In this document: positions 20,138 to 31,621 of the stretch, piece by piece | Layout: each line of letters starts with the position of its first letter | Numbering within the stretch: position 1 is the first letter of the stretch | Source of the DNA: an uncultured Rivularia sp. | Lineage (GTDB): Bacteria; Cyanobacteriota; Cyanobacteriia; Cyanobacteriales; Nostocaceae | Length of the DNA: 64,000 nt | Direction: 5' to 3' | Assembly (NCBI GenBank): GCA_963665115.1 | Contig: OY762007.1 | Coordinates: 8,629,926-8,693,925, forward strand | Made by a program: the position numbers and the translations under genes | The notes under the pieces: model-generated | What the model was told of the DNA's origin: nothing | Database searches by the model: none | The model's input: only the letters and a program-made list of their open reading frames with translations

Positions 20138-21103
20138 ATGAATAGCAAAAACTTAGACTTTTGTAAAAATGTAAAATCATTCTTTTTGAAAGAGAAAGAA
20201 GCAAACTTGGGTGCTTACCTATATAGTACACCTCTAACTAAAGATGATAATGTTCGTGGAGAAGAGTATTATCGAAAAGTTATCTATGAAGAACCAGATT
20301 ACTACTTGTATCAGGATGAAATGGTTTTAATCAAGGCAGTAGCCAATCAGCTATCTGCCCATGTACCAACCCAAGCAACAGTAGTAGAATTTGGACCTGG
20401 AACCCAAAAAGCATTTGTCGGTAAAACTCTTCCATTCCTCAAAGCAATTCCTCAACTCCATCAATATATAGCGATAGATTTATGTGAGAAATATTTATTA
20501 GATAGTGCAGAAATAATCAAAAATGAACTTCCTCAAGTAGAAGTGCAAACGCAACAAAAGGATTTCTTTAATCAAATATATTTACTAGAAGACTATACCT
20601 CACCAGTTGTTTTCTTCAAAGGTAGTACTATTAGCAATCTATCACAGGAGCAATGCATTAATTTCTTACGAACTATTCCCCAGTTTTTGACACCTGACGG
20701 ACTATTAATTGTGGGCTTAGATGCTAATCAGGATGAAAATTCACTTAAGTCAGCCTACGATACAAAAGCTGTGAGTGATTTTATCTTAAATATTTTTCAT
20801 CGTATCCACCGCGATTTGCCCATAAAGGAATTTGATCCAAATGCATTCACCTATAAATATGAGTGGATACCTAATGTCCACTGTGTAAAACACAAAGCAA
20901 TTTCAACTAAAAAACAGCAGTTCAAGTTAGATAACACTCCTATAATCTTGGAGCAAAAAGAAGAATTTCATATTATGAGTTCATTTAAGTATCCTGTGTA
21001 ATTTTTTCAATCTATGGCTATCCAAGCTAAGTTAGTACCTGTAGATTACTTTATAGATAGTTCTCAACGTATGGCTATTCATGTTTTCAAAGTTAAAGCA
21101 TAG
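20138..21103 (+). pseudogene. EgtD/Methyltransf_33-like SAM methyltransferase with an in-frame TAA at 20999-21001
   Basis: PDYYLYQDE, VEFGPGT, GSTISNL, LIVGLDA..AYD and SFKY. The frame continues for 33 codons past the stop (FFQSMAIQAKLVPVDYFIDSSQRMAIHVFKVKA). Confidence 0.75.
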
Positions 21104-21270
21104 TCACCGTTATCTCGATATAAATCAACCATTTAACAACTTATTTACTGGTAATTAAAAAGTACAAAACCAGAAGATAATATTGTTTTTGCATTTTCCT
21201 CCTTGGAATCCAATGATGTAAATTGAATTCCATCTTCCTTTTTTTGCATATTTACATACAATCTATACAT

Positions 21271-21519
21271 TAGACATCTCCGGAAAACATTTTCATGTTG
21301 TTAAAGTTACACAAAGCCTAACCCCCCTACCCCCCCCTTACCTACGAGGGAAGTGGGGTTTTAAAGCCTCTCTCCTTGCAGAGAGAAGCGCGTTGCGGAG
21401 GTTCCCTCCGTTGTAGCGACTTCGGAGAGAGAGGTACTCTACGAGAAAACGCTGAGCCGCACGCCGAAGGCGTGAACGCGTTCATGGAGAGAGGTCTTTT
21501 TTATTTCCGGAGATGTCTA
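21271..21519. mobile_element. MITE with 16-bp TIRs containing nested small repeats
   Basis: tagacatctccggaaa ... tttccggagatgtcta; the interior is related (inverted) to 46787-46932. Confidence 0.75.
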
Positions 21520-21533
21520 TTGTTTACAACAGA

Positions 21534-24500
21534 TTATTTCTGACAGTTATCTTTATTGGAAATATTTTGTTTAGTTGTGCGATTATCAGCAACAAATTCA
21601 ATATCACCATCTTGATTCACAATCCATCTGGTAGCTTCTTTGATTTGGGAGGGGGGAGAGGGGGAGGAGAGGGTAGAGATGGTAGAGTTAGAAGTTCTTA
21701 AATCTTGTAGAATAACTTCCCCTTGCAATACTTGTCGGGGATTCACGGGTAAACCACCTCTCCCGGATGTGATGAAGCGAGCTTCTTCATCAGTTGGGAC
21801 AACCAGCGCTAATTCTATCGGAAGCATCGGTTAAGTTTTCGGGAAGTTCGATTAAACCGGATGTGATATCTAGTTCTAAAAGGTTTAAATCGAAATTTCC
21901 ATCGATACCAAATTCGGAACTTGCTGTAATATCGCTTTGAGGAGTTGTTTGTTCGCGAAATTGAATTCCGAAGATTCCAGGAGTTGTAATATTGATATTT
22001 CCACCGTCACCTTGAAAAGCATTAGCATTAATATCGCTGTTTTCGTTGGGTACAGCAACTATAAAACCACCGTTGATTGTAATATTACCACCGTTTCCAC
22101 CACCACTATTTTCTATTCCCGCACGAGTAGATATTCTACTGTTGTTGCGTAATAATAGTAAATCTTTAATTGAAATATTGATATTCCCACCAACACCCGC
22201 AACACTTGTAGCGGTAATTGAACTATTTTCTAAGAAAAGTCTTACTGCATCAATATCAATATTTCCACCATTGCCAACTCCTTCCCCACTTACAGAAACC
22301 CCAGCACCATCAACAATATTAAAATCTCTGGTAGTAACTTTGATATCTCCACCTTCTCCGGAAGCGGTTTGAGAGGAAGTTGCAAATAACCCAGATACAA
22401 AACCTTGCTCTGAAGGGTCGATTAAATCTATAGAATCTGATACATTTACAATTAAATCTCCCGCTCTACCTTCACCAAAAGTACTTGTAATTACCTGCGC
22501 TCCCCCGATTGCAGTAAATTGACGCGATGTTAAATTAATATTACCTGAATCTTGAGGTGAAAATGTTCCGGTACCCAAAAGGGAATTATCAAGCTTTAAA
22601 ATATTATCTGTATTTATCGTAATATCTCCACCGCTGCCTTGATTTAAAGTAGTAGTAGCAACTAATCCACCATCACTAGCGGTAAAGTTAGAAGTTTGAA
22701 TAAAAATATTTCCTGATGAACCTTTTCCCTCCGAAGCGGTGACGATACCCGTATCAAAATTATTCAAAGTCAACTTTTCACCGTTTAAAGCGGGATTTAC
22801 GATATTCTGCTGTAATTTTTCAAATCCACCACCGTTTACTTCCACGGATTCAGAAGCATTAATATTAATATCTCCTCCCTTTCCATTACCAGAAGTTGAA
22901 GCGTTGATAATACCGTTATTTATTTGTAATTTATTCGTATTGAGTTGAATATTTCCGCCATCATCATCGGTAGTTGCAATCGTAATACCACCTTCGTTAT
23001 CAAAAACAATTGAATCAGCATTTACTTCCACCCTTCCAGATTTACCCAACCCTTGACTGACAAGATTAATTAAACCACCATCTGAAATTTTTAACTTGGG
23101 AGTATTGATAGTCACGCTTCCAGCATTTCCAGTCACAACATCTGGTAAACCGAAAAACTGACGTGTTGTTTCATCCAAAAGTAGGGAAAATGATATTACA
23201 GCACTAGGGAAATTTCCCAAAGCTCTACCTTCTATTTCCACAAAATCCGTAGCATTGATAGTAATATTGCCAGCATTACTATTACTAGAAGTTGCAGAGC
23301 TGATAACTCCTCCATTTTCTAATCTCAAGGAAGATGTATCTACAATCAAATCTGCTGCTGATGTATTTTGTGCAATAGCGTTTGTAATCAAGCTACTATT
23401 TGCAAAGTTTTCTGAATTGATTCCGCTAATGAGTATATCATTTGCCTTTACCTTAATTAAACCAGGTTTACCAGAGCCTAAAGTAGCGCTGGCAATCATT
23501 CCCCCATTCGTAATTGTTAATTTATCAGTTGAAACTGTATTTATCCCTGCTTTCCCCTCACCAAAATTAGAAGCTGCGATCGCACTTATAATAGCTGGGT
23601 TAACAGAAGAAAACCCCGAAACTAAAATTGATTCCGAAGCATTTACGTTAACGTTTCCTCCTGGATATTGCTTGTAAGTATAAGCAGCAATATTTGCTCC
23701 TCCCAATACAGTTACTCTTTTAGCATCAACTTTAACGTTACCTCCGTTTCCTCCCAAAGCTTCTGCAAATATACCCGTGCGAATACTTGCATCTGCTGTT
23801 GTACCCTCTACTTGCAAAGATTCGCTAACATTAACGTTAATATCTCCCGAAACTGCATCACCAAGATTTTGCGTCCATAATATCGAAGCATGGCTCATTC
23901 TTAAATTTCGGGCTTTTACTTCTACAAAACCGCTTCCCACACCGGAAACATCAGCCAAGGATTTTTCGGTTAACTCAATATCTCCAAAGTTTTCTACTCT
24001 GGAATAATCAAATTTCCAACCTTGATTTTGATGACGAATTCCAACAAAACCTTGCTTTACCGCACCTAATTCAATTCTTCCAGATTCCGCAGTGATTACA
24101 CCACCACGAAAACTAACGTTACCACCAATTAATGCCAAAGTATTGCCTGGATCTACCCGCAAACCCGTATTTAATTCCTTCCTTTCTAACTGTAATGAAA
24201 AAGGAGGAACAGTAGTCAAATTATGTCCTTTTCCTTGTACTTCTATTTTTCCCGGATTTGAACCAAATTGTATACCCAAAGGAAGGTTTATTTTTAGTAA
24301 GGGTGGTGTTTCTGGGTTTATTGTGTCGAAATTATAATTATCAAAAATAATCCCATTACCAGTAGAAGCAAGAAAAGAACCTTTAATATCTAAAAAACTA
24401 TTCTCACCAAATACAATTCCGTTAGGATTAATTAAAAAAAGATTTGCATTTCCATTAACTCCCAAAGTTCCTAAAATTTGTGAAATATTACTTCCCGTTA

Positions 24501-24768
24501 CTCTCGTAAGAATATTTGTAATATTGTCTGGGTTGCTGAAATAAACTTTTTGATTGGGATTAACGTTGAATTCTTTAAAACTATGAAACAGATGGTTATT
24601 ACGAATTGCACCTCCTTCAACTAAATCTTTTTCTATGGAAGGATTGACAGTAGAGCTTTCTTTTCCCATATTATCGGGAATTAATTGAGCATTTACAGAT
24701 AAATAAGGGAAAAATAAGAATAAACCACCGTAAAAACTTAGCTGCTTGATATATCTGTAAAAATTCAC
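21534..24768 (-). CDS. Filamentous haemagglutinin/TpsA-like exoprotein 2, +1 frameshift at ~21797
   Basis: TPS domain (LFHSFKEFNV, LINPNGIVFG). The C-terminal tail (PTDEEARFITSGRGGLP..EATRW) is in ORF 21534-21827; there is an extra G compared with the intact paralog (gttgggac vs gttggac). Confidence 0.88.
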
Positions 24769-24900
24769 CTTTTTAGCTTTCCCCTCGATCTCGGAAATCT
24801 CGACTTATAAAATATTCCACTATTTAAAGTTAATTTTCATCTCTTATTTACAATTTATATCAATGTAGATTTGACCTCAAGACAGCCCTCTCCTTAATAA

Positions 24901-25049
24901 GGCTACCGTGTACACGAAGTCTTCTAGATTGGTTTCATAACGTTTAGATCGGAATTAACCCTCTTATCAAGGCGGGAATTGGAATTAAAGTCCCCCAATT
25001 TAACCGGGGATTTAGGGGGATAGAGCCGAGATGTGTGTACACCGTAGCC
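24901..25049. mobile_element. MITE inserted in the palindromic centre of another repeat
   Basis: ggctaccgtgtacac ... gtgtacaccgtagcc TIRs, duplicated ttaataa, and host arms ccctctcc / ggagaggg. Confidence 0.75.
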
Positions 25050-25367
25050 TTAATAAGGAGAGGGAATGAGGGTGAGGTTTTTAATGTATTTGACTCAACC
25101 GGAAACCGCTATATGAACCCCTCCGGATAGTTTTTTTATCTTTACTTTTCCTTAATAGTTCTTATCTGCTTCTTATTCATAGCTTATTCTTTAGTCCAAT
25201 CAAAAGTGGTAAGGTACACACATATAACTAGTATAAACACGGATGCATTACAGTTTCGGTAGGTATTTTTATCTCCTACCACAGGAGTGTTTATACTTTG
25301 TACTAATCAATAATTCGTCAATTGAAAGAGAAATTCATTTCTCAAAAACTTATTAATACAATTTGCC

Positions 25368-26435
25368 ATGCTTAGAAAAAATCTGTTCAATACATCAACA
25401 GTTACAGGTACTTTAGCCACTATAGTTTTTTCAATTAGTGGTATTGTAATTCAAAGCAATCAAGCTCATGCTGCTTCGTTTGGCTCGATTTCTCAGATTT
25501 ATGCTTATGGAGACAGTTATTCTGACAACGGTGCATCCTTTGAAATCTCAACTCAGGCTGTAAACGCTAACGTACCTGGTTCGTTTATTTTACCAGCAGA
25601 TCCACCGAGTGAACTCTATGATTCCGAAGGACGTTGGACAAATGGACCAACAGCTGTTGAAGTATTGTCTGATAAACTTGGAGTGGGTTTGACGGATTAT
25701 GCTGTGGGTGGTGCTAAAAGTGGAGATGGAAACTATTACAGTTGGTTAGACTCTTTCCAGAATACAGGAGTATTTGGTCAGATTGAGCAATTTGAAGCAG
25801 ATTCAGGACAAGCCGCTGATTCTGATGCTTTACATTTCATCTTTGCTTCAGCTAACGACTTATTTGAGTACGCTGATTTTGGTTTACCTGGAACGGTTGA
25901 AGAATTAGCAACTCAAACAGTGGATAATATTGGAGAGAGCGTATCTAGTTTGGCAGCATTAGGAGCAAAGCAGTTTCTTGTAGTTAATTCATCAGATCTT
26001 GATATTTTACCCGGTGTTATAGAGTTTGGGCAGGTTAATCAGGCTGCTTTGTTTACAGACTTAGTTAACAATCTTCTTCCTGAAAAATTGGAAACGCTTT
26101 CTCAGGAGTTAGATAATGTAGAAATTGCTCTTTATGACCATGTTGAGATTAGTAACGAAATCCGTTCAAATCCACAAGATTTCGGTTTAACTAATATAAA
26201 CGATCCTTGTCAAGCTGTTTTTCCTGTTGAACCTGTTTGTGCTGCTCCTGATGAATATTATTTTTGGGATGAATATCATCCAACTCGGAGAGTACATCAA
26301 ATTATCGGTGAAGATATGGCACAATTTGTTGCAAATCATCAGGTGAAATCAGTACCGGAGTCATCAAATAGTTTTGGTTTATTAGTATTTTTAGGTTTGT
26401 TGGGTACTGGATTGATATATAGTCATTCCAATTAA
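25368..26435 (+). CDS. Secreted SGNH/GDSL lipase-esterase with a PEP-CTERM-like sorting tail
   Basis: Signal peptide (AHA), YGDSYSDNG, GRWTNG, DYAVGGA, FWDEYHPT, and VPES followed by a hydrophobic helix. Confidence 0.92.
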   Translation: MLRKNLFNTSTVTGTLATIVFSISGIVIQSNQAHAASFGSISQIYAYGDSYSDNGASFEISTQAVNANVPGSFILPADPPSELYDSEGRWTNGPTAVEVLSDKLGVGLTDYAVGGAKSGDGNYYSWLDSFQNTGVFGQIEQFEADSGQAADSDALHFIFASANDLFEYADFGLPGTVEELATQTVDNIGESVSSLAALGAKQFLVVNSSDLDILPGVIEFGQVNQAALFTDLVNNLLPEKLETLSQELDNVEIALYDHVEISNEIRSNPQDFGLTNINDPCQAVFPVEPVCAAPDEYYFWDEYHPTRRVHQIIGEDMAQFVANHQVKSVPESSNSFGLLVFLGLLGTGLIYSHSN

Positions 26436-26611
26436 TTTCCGTAGTGCGTTAGCGAAGCTTGTCTGAAAGACAAGCATCTTGCTCGCTAGTACCGAGCGAG
26501 CAAGATGCTCGCACTACAAATCAATCGGTTTCTATTTAGAATCGCTATACAAACGGCGGTAGTTATATTAATCAATTACTCGATCGCATTTAATTTGACG
26601 GGTTTCTTACA

Positions 26612-26810
26612 CACCCGCTTGGGGTTTACAACCCCGAGCTAACAGCGAAAGTCCTATAAATCTGATATCTTGCACCATTCTCAAGAAGCCCAAAGAAACC
26701 CGGTTTCTAGTAGTGAAAGCATGAATATCTCGTTGTGAAACCCCAAAGAAACCGGGTTTCTGACACTGGTGCAAGATGTGAGATAAATCTTACATCTTGC
26801 ACCAGTTGCG
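26612..26810. repeat. Cluster of nested dispersed repeats (ATCTTGCACCA-ended family, aagaaacccggtttct hairpins)
   Basis: The same ends occur at 40919-41097, 42580-42745 and 62688. Confidence 0.65.
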
Positions 26811-26941
26811 ATAAACGCCTTAGAATAAATTCTCAGACTCAAAAATAAAGTCTGATAAATCATGCTGGGAAAGGCTTTCAGTGCGTTTTAACGTACTTCG
26901 TATGTAGCCAAGATTGATTTCTTTTTATTTGCGGTTATAAC

Positions 26942-29900
26942 CTAATTACCATTACAGTTGTATGAAATAGTTTGATTTTGATGATCCACACGCTCCGCGT
27001 GAATATTATCAGCAATAAACTCAATATCCCCATCTTCGTTAACAATCCATCGGGTAGCTTCTTTGATAGGAGAGGGGGGAGAGGGGGGAGAGGGGGAGGA
27101 GGGGGTAGAAAGGGTAGAGTTAGAAGTTCTCAAGTCTTGTAAAACAATTTCTTCTCGCAAAGTTTGTCGGGGATTGACGGGTATACCACCTCTTCCGCTT
27201 GTGACGAAACGAGCTTCTTCGTCAGTTGGACAACCAGCGCTAATTCTATCAGCAGTATCGGTTAAGTTTTCAGGAAGTTCAATTAAACCGTTGTTAGGAT
27301 CTACCGCAGTTAAATCTAAATTAAATTCTCCATCGATTCCAAATTCGGAACTTGCTGTAATATCGCTTTGTGGAGTGGTTTGTTCGCGAAAGTCAATTCC
27401 GAATAATCCAGGTGTTGCTATATTAATATTTCCGCCGTTTCCTTGAAAAGCGTTGGCGTTGATATCGCTATCTTCTTCTGGTACGGCAACAACTAAACCA
27501 CCATTTATCGTAATATTTCCACCGTTGCCACCACCGCTGGCTTCTGTTCCGGCTCGGGTAGATATTGTACTGTTGTTGCGTAGTAATAATAAATCTGTAA
27601 TTGTAAGATTGATATTTCCACCTTCACCAGAAACACTTTGAGCAGTAATTGAACCGGAATCTAAGAAAAGTCTTACCGCTTCAAGATCGATATTTCCTGC
27701 ATCTCCCTCTCCTTGACCACTTACAGAAACCGCTGCTCTATCAACAATATTGAAATCTCTGGTGGTAACGTTAATATCTCCACCGCTTCCGGAAGCTGTT
27801 TGAGAAGAGGAAGCAAATAAACCGGAGGTGATACCTTGTTCTGAGGGGTCGATTAAATCAATTGATTCGGATACATTTACATTTAAATTCCCGGCTTGTC
27901 CTTTATCAAAGGTAGTGGTTAAAACTTGTGCGCCACCAATTGCTGTTAACTTACGAGCATTTAAATTTATATTACCTGCCACAGCATCCCTAAAGGTGCC
28001 GGTTACTAACAGGGAATTATCTAATGTGATGGAATCGGTGACGTTAATATCGATATTTCCACCTTTACCGCTGCTTAAAGCAGTAGTCGAAACGAATCCA
28101 CCATTGTTAACTGTCAAGTTGGGAGTTTCTATAAAAACATTTCCGGCTGCACCTTCACCAGCAGAAAAGGTAAACACCCCTTCAGTCAAGTTTGCAAAAT
28201 TAGGTCTATCTGTAAGAGCAGGATTAATAAAGTTTTCTTGTAAACTCTCAAATCCCGCTCCGGTAATTGTAACTGACTCGGAAGCCTTGATGTTAATATC
28301 ACCCCCCGGTTGCTCTGTAATTAGTGTAAAAGCACTAATATAACCTTCGTTATGCAGGGTGCGGGTATTGATATTAATTTCTCCTGCTCTACCAGTATTA
28401 AAACCAGCAGTGGCACTAAAGATAGTTCCTTGTTGATTGACAATTATTTGTTCTGCTGTAATATCTAATTTTCCGGCATTTCCAAATGTTCCCCCATTTC
28501 GATCGCCAACAGATGCGGTTTCAATTTGTGCGCGATCGCCAACAGTTAAATTTTCGGTTTGAATAGTCAAATCACCGCCATCACCTTCTGCTCCTGGATT
28601 GACACCAGTAGCCAACGTACTTAATCTATTATCAGGTGATTCGTTAATTAATATATTTTTAGCGATAATACTCAAAGTTCCAGCATTCCCTTTACCGGAG
28701 GTAGTTGCTGAAATTGTTCCCCCATCGCGAATAATTAAATTTCCGGTTTCTATACTTAAATTACCTCCATTACCTGTTGCATCTGTATTAACATCAGCAA
28801 CCACCCTACTACCGCTGCTACCATCGAGTGAGGTGCCAATCAATTCAATATTGTCAGCTATAATTTTTAGTTCTCCGGCATTCCCATTACCGAAGCTACT
28901 TGTGCGAATTCTTGCACCATCGCGAACAATTAAATTTCCGGTTTCAATACTTAACTTACTACCATCACCTGTTGCTTGTGAATTAACAACAGCAGATATT
29001 CTACTTTCTCTACCATCAGCTGCGATGCCACTTAATTCAATATTTTCAGCTATAATTTTTAGTTCTCCAGTATTCCCTTCACTGAAGGTACTAACCGAAA
29101 CTCTTGCTCCATCGCGAACAATTAAATTTCCGGTTTTTATACTTAACTTACCACCATTACCTGTCGATCCTGAATTAGCACGAGCAAACAAAGCACTACG
29201 ATCTTGATTAATTGATGTGCCACTTAATTCTATTTCGGAGGCGATAATATTCAAAGTTCCGCCATTTCCATTACCTCTGGTGTTTACTGAAATATATCCC
29301 CCATCACGAATAACTAATTTTTGGGTTCCTATATTTAAGTTACCACCCTTCCCCGTTGCTCCCCGTAGAACATTACTGCGGATTAGTGAGGGTAATGGTA
29401 AGATACTTTCTCCCGTTAACTCAATATTAGAATTAGCATTAATATTAATATCTCCCCCCCCAGCAGCACCATAGACATCACTTGTAATAAAAGCCCCATC
29501 TCGTAAAAATAGTGAGTTAGCGGTTATATCAATATTTCCACCCGTGACACCAGACTCGTTACTATAGCTATTGTTGGTAATAGCAGCAAAGCTATTAGTC
29601 CCCGTCAAAGTAATATCACCACCCGAATTCAAAATGATATTACCGGAAATTGCACCATCAGCAATAATTCCCGCACCATCGTTAACTGTAATATCACCTG
29701 CTGCAAGTAAACTAATATCCCCACCGTTTACTGTCTCTACTTCCAAACCCGAAGCATCGATAATCCCATTTACGTTTATTCCACCCCTGGAATCAAAATC
29801 AAGCTTTCCTCCTTGCAAAGTATCTTTAGCGTCAATTTCACCATTAACTAAAATATCCCCTGTCAAATTCCCATTATTCCGATAGCGATTGGTAAACAAT

Positions 29901-31171
29901 AATTGTCCGCCATCTCCACCGTCAGCAATTCTAATATTCCTAGCTGTAATATCTGCACTCGTTGCAGTATTACCCAAAGTCGTATTTACGTTTACATTAC
30001 CTGGATTAAAATTACTTGGTAAACCACCAGGAAAACTATTCCAATCAATTCCCGCTCTCACATCCAAAGTCGGTTTACTGCTACCGTCTATATTAACTAC
30101 CCTTCCATCGGATAAACTTACTTCTGATAAACTCGCAAAAGTATCGCTACCGTTAAATAAAGTCGTATTATTAGGATTGATTGAATTTTCTCGATTATCA
30201 GCAGCATTAATTTCTACATCACCCAAAGTGACGCTACCACCAGCCAAAATATGCAGCGACGCACCAGTATAGTCTCCTAAATTGGCGTTTCCACCGACCA
30301 ATATTATAGGGTCATTTGGACTTGACAAATTACCGTTTATCTGAAAATTTCCACCACTATAAAAACGAGCATCACCTTTAATAGTGTTTGATGAACTTAA
30401 ATTCATTTCTCCATTGGAGAAGAAACCACTTTCGCTATGGGAAAGAGCAAGAATATCAACTTGATTTCCCTCTACCAGTAAGTTACTACCTGCTGAAGCG
30501 ATAAAAGGATTGGTTAAATCATCTCTTATTTGTAAAATATCTGCTGCAAATAGATTTACATCCCCACCAGCAATCAACCTTCCTTGTAAATCCAAATTGC
30601 CAGCAAATATACTAAAATCCTTTCCTACCGTTAAATTACCGCGATTGCGAATAGTTCCCTTACCATACTGCAAACCCGGAGTCAGATTAACTTTGAGTAA
30701 AGGCGATCGCTCTGGATTTTGGGTGTTAAATTCAAAATTATCTGTAAAAATACTTTCAGCAGTAGTAGCACTAAACGAACCAGATATATCTAAAAAAGCA
30801 TCTTTACCAAAAACAATTCCGTTGGGATTAACTAAAAATAGATTTGCATTTCCATTAATTCCCAAAGTTCCAAAAATCTTCGATATATTATTCCCCGTCA
30901 CTCTCGTGAGAATATTGGTAATATTATCGGGGTTGCTGAAATAAACTCTTTGATTCGGATTTACATTGAATTCCTTAAAACTGTGAAAAAGATTGCTATC
31001 GCGAATTGCTCCACCTTGAATTAAATCTTTATCAATAGAAGGATTAACTGTAGAGCTTTCCTTTCCCAAGCTGTTATCGGGAATTAGTTGAGCTTTGACA
31101 GATTTTGCAGATGAATAAGAGAAAGTTAATAAAAGAAGAGTATAACAAAGTAATTTCTTGGATATTTTCAT
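26942..31171 (-). CDS. Filamentous haemagglutinin/TpsA-like exoprotein 3 (intact, 1409 aa)
   Basis: Signal peptide, TPS domain (NLFHSF, NPNGIVFG), internal ~70-aa repeats and the conserved C-terminal block shared with the two paralogs. Confidence 0.92.
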   Translation of the reverse strand: MKISKKLLCYTLLLLTFSYSSAKSVKAQLIPDNSLGKESSTVNPSIDKDLIQGGAIRDSNLFHSFKEFNVNPNQRVYFSNPDNITNILTRVTGNNISKIFGTLGINGNANLFLVNPNGIVFGKDAFLDISGSFSATTAESIFTDNFEFNTQNPERSPLLKVNLTPGLQYGKGTIRNRGNLTVGKDFSIFAGNLDLQGRLIAGGDVNLFAADILQIRDDLTNPFIASAGSNLLVEGNQVDILALSHSESGFFSNGEMNLSSSNTIKGDARFYSGGNFQINGNLSSPNDPIILVGGNANLGDYTGASLHILAGGSVTLGDVEINAADNRENSINPNNTTLFNGSDTFASLSEVSLSDGRVVNIDGSSKPTLDVRAGIDWNSFPGGLPSNFNPGNVNVNTTLGNTATSADITARNIRIADGGDGGQLLFTNRYRNNGNLTGDILVNGEIDAKDTLQGGKLDFDSRGGINVNGIIDASGLEVETVNGGDISLLAAGDITVNDGAGIIADGAISGNIILNSGGDITLTGTNSFAAITNNSYSNESGVTGGNIDITANSLFLRDGAFITSDVYGAAGGGDININANSNIELTGESILPLPSLIRSNVLRGATGKGGNLNIGTQKLVIRDGGYISVNTRGNGNGGTLNIIASEIELSGTSINQDRSALFARANSGSTGNGGKLSIKTGNLIVRDGARVSVSTFSEGNTGELKIIAENIELSGIAADGRESRISAVVNSQATGDGSKLSIETGNLIVRDGARIRTSSFGNGNAGELKIIADNIELIGTSLDGSSGSRVVADVNTDATGNGGNLSIETGNLIIRDGGTISATTSGKGNAGTLSIIAKNILINESPDNRLSTLATGVNPGAEGDGGDLTIQTENLTVGDRAQIETASVGDRNGGTFGNAGKLDITAEQIIVNQQGTIFSATAGFNTGRAGEININTRTLHNEGYISAFTLITEQPGGDINIKASESVTITGAGFESLQENFINPALTDRPNFANLTEGVFTFSAGEGAAGNVFIETPNLTVNNGGFVSTTALSSGKGGNIDINVTDSITLDNSLLVTGTFRDAVAGNINLNARKLTAIGGAQVLTTTFDKGQAGNLNVNVSESIDLIDPSEQGITSGLFASSSQTASGSGGDINVTTRDFNIVDRAAVSVSGQGEGDAGNIDLEAVRLFLDSGSITAQSVSGEGGNINLTITDLLLLRNNSTISTRAGTEASGGGNGGNITINGGLVVAVPEEDSDINANAFQGNGGNINIATPGLFGIDFREQTTPQSDITASSEFGIDGEFNLDLTAVDPNNGLIELPENLTDTADRISAGCPTDEEARFVTSGRGGIPVNPRQTLREEIVLQDLRTSNSTLSTPSSPSPPSPPSPIKEATRWIVNEDGDIEFIADNIHAERVDHQNQTISYNCNGN

Positions 31172-31351
31172 ATTATATATTTATTTTTGTACTTAGCTTG
31201 CTGAAATAGATAGCAGCGAAAATTCTATAGATTGTTTTCTGCGATAACTATTTTTTGGCTAATTATGCTGACATTCATTCGTATCAGCAATTAAATAACA
31301 CTTCTATAATAAAAAATCAAGACTATAAATTACATTATGAGATGAAATATA

Positions 31352-31387
31352 AAAAGTAGGAAAAGTAAGAAAAGTAGGAAAAGATAG
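31352..31387 (+). promoter_or_regulatory. Fourfold 9-bp direct-repeat site
   Basis: aaaagtagg aaaagtaag aaaagtagg aaaagatag between the divergent exoprotein 3 and HTH-AAA genes. Confidence 0.7.
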
Positions 31388-31621
31388 TTTTGTTTGTCTA
31401 GAAATGATGAAAATGAAGTATTAGATATCAGTCATTCATCAACTGAATAAAATTTCGGATTTTGGATTGCTATCCTCAGAATCAATAAAGCGATAAAATA
31501 CTGAATACCAAGTTGTTTGCTTGATTATTAAGGTTTTTGTAAAAAAATCAGGTGTTGGCGATGAGTCTATTTAAAATGACCTAAAATAATTTAAAAGGAT
31601 AATAATATTTAGAGTTGTAAT

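Noticed and set aside
20138..21103. Ergothioneine pathway
   Set aside because: No egtB or egtC nearby and the gene has a premature stop, so only a family-level call is supported.
12510..30944. Many plus-strand ORFs rich in Pro/Ile/Leu/Ser within the haemagglutinin-like genes
   Set aside because: Antisense shadows of Gly/Asn-rich coding sequence with no independent motifs.
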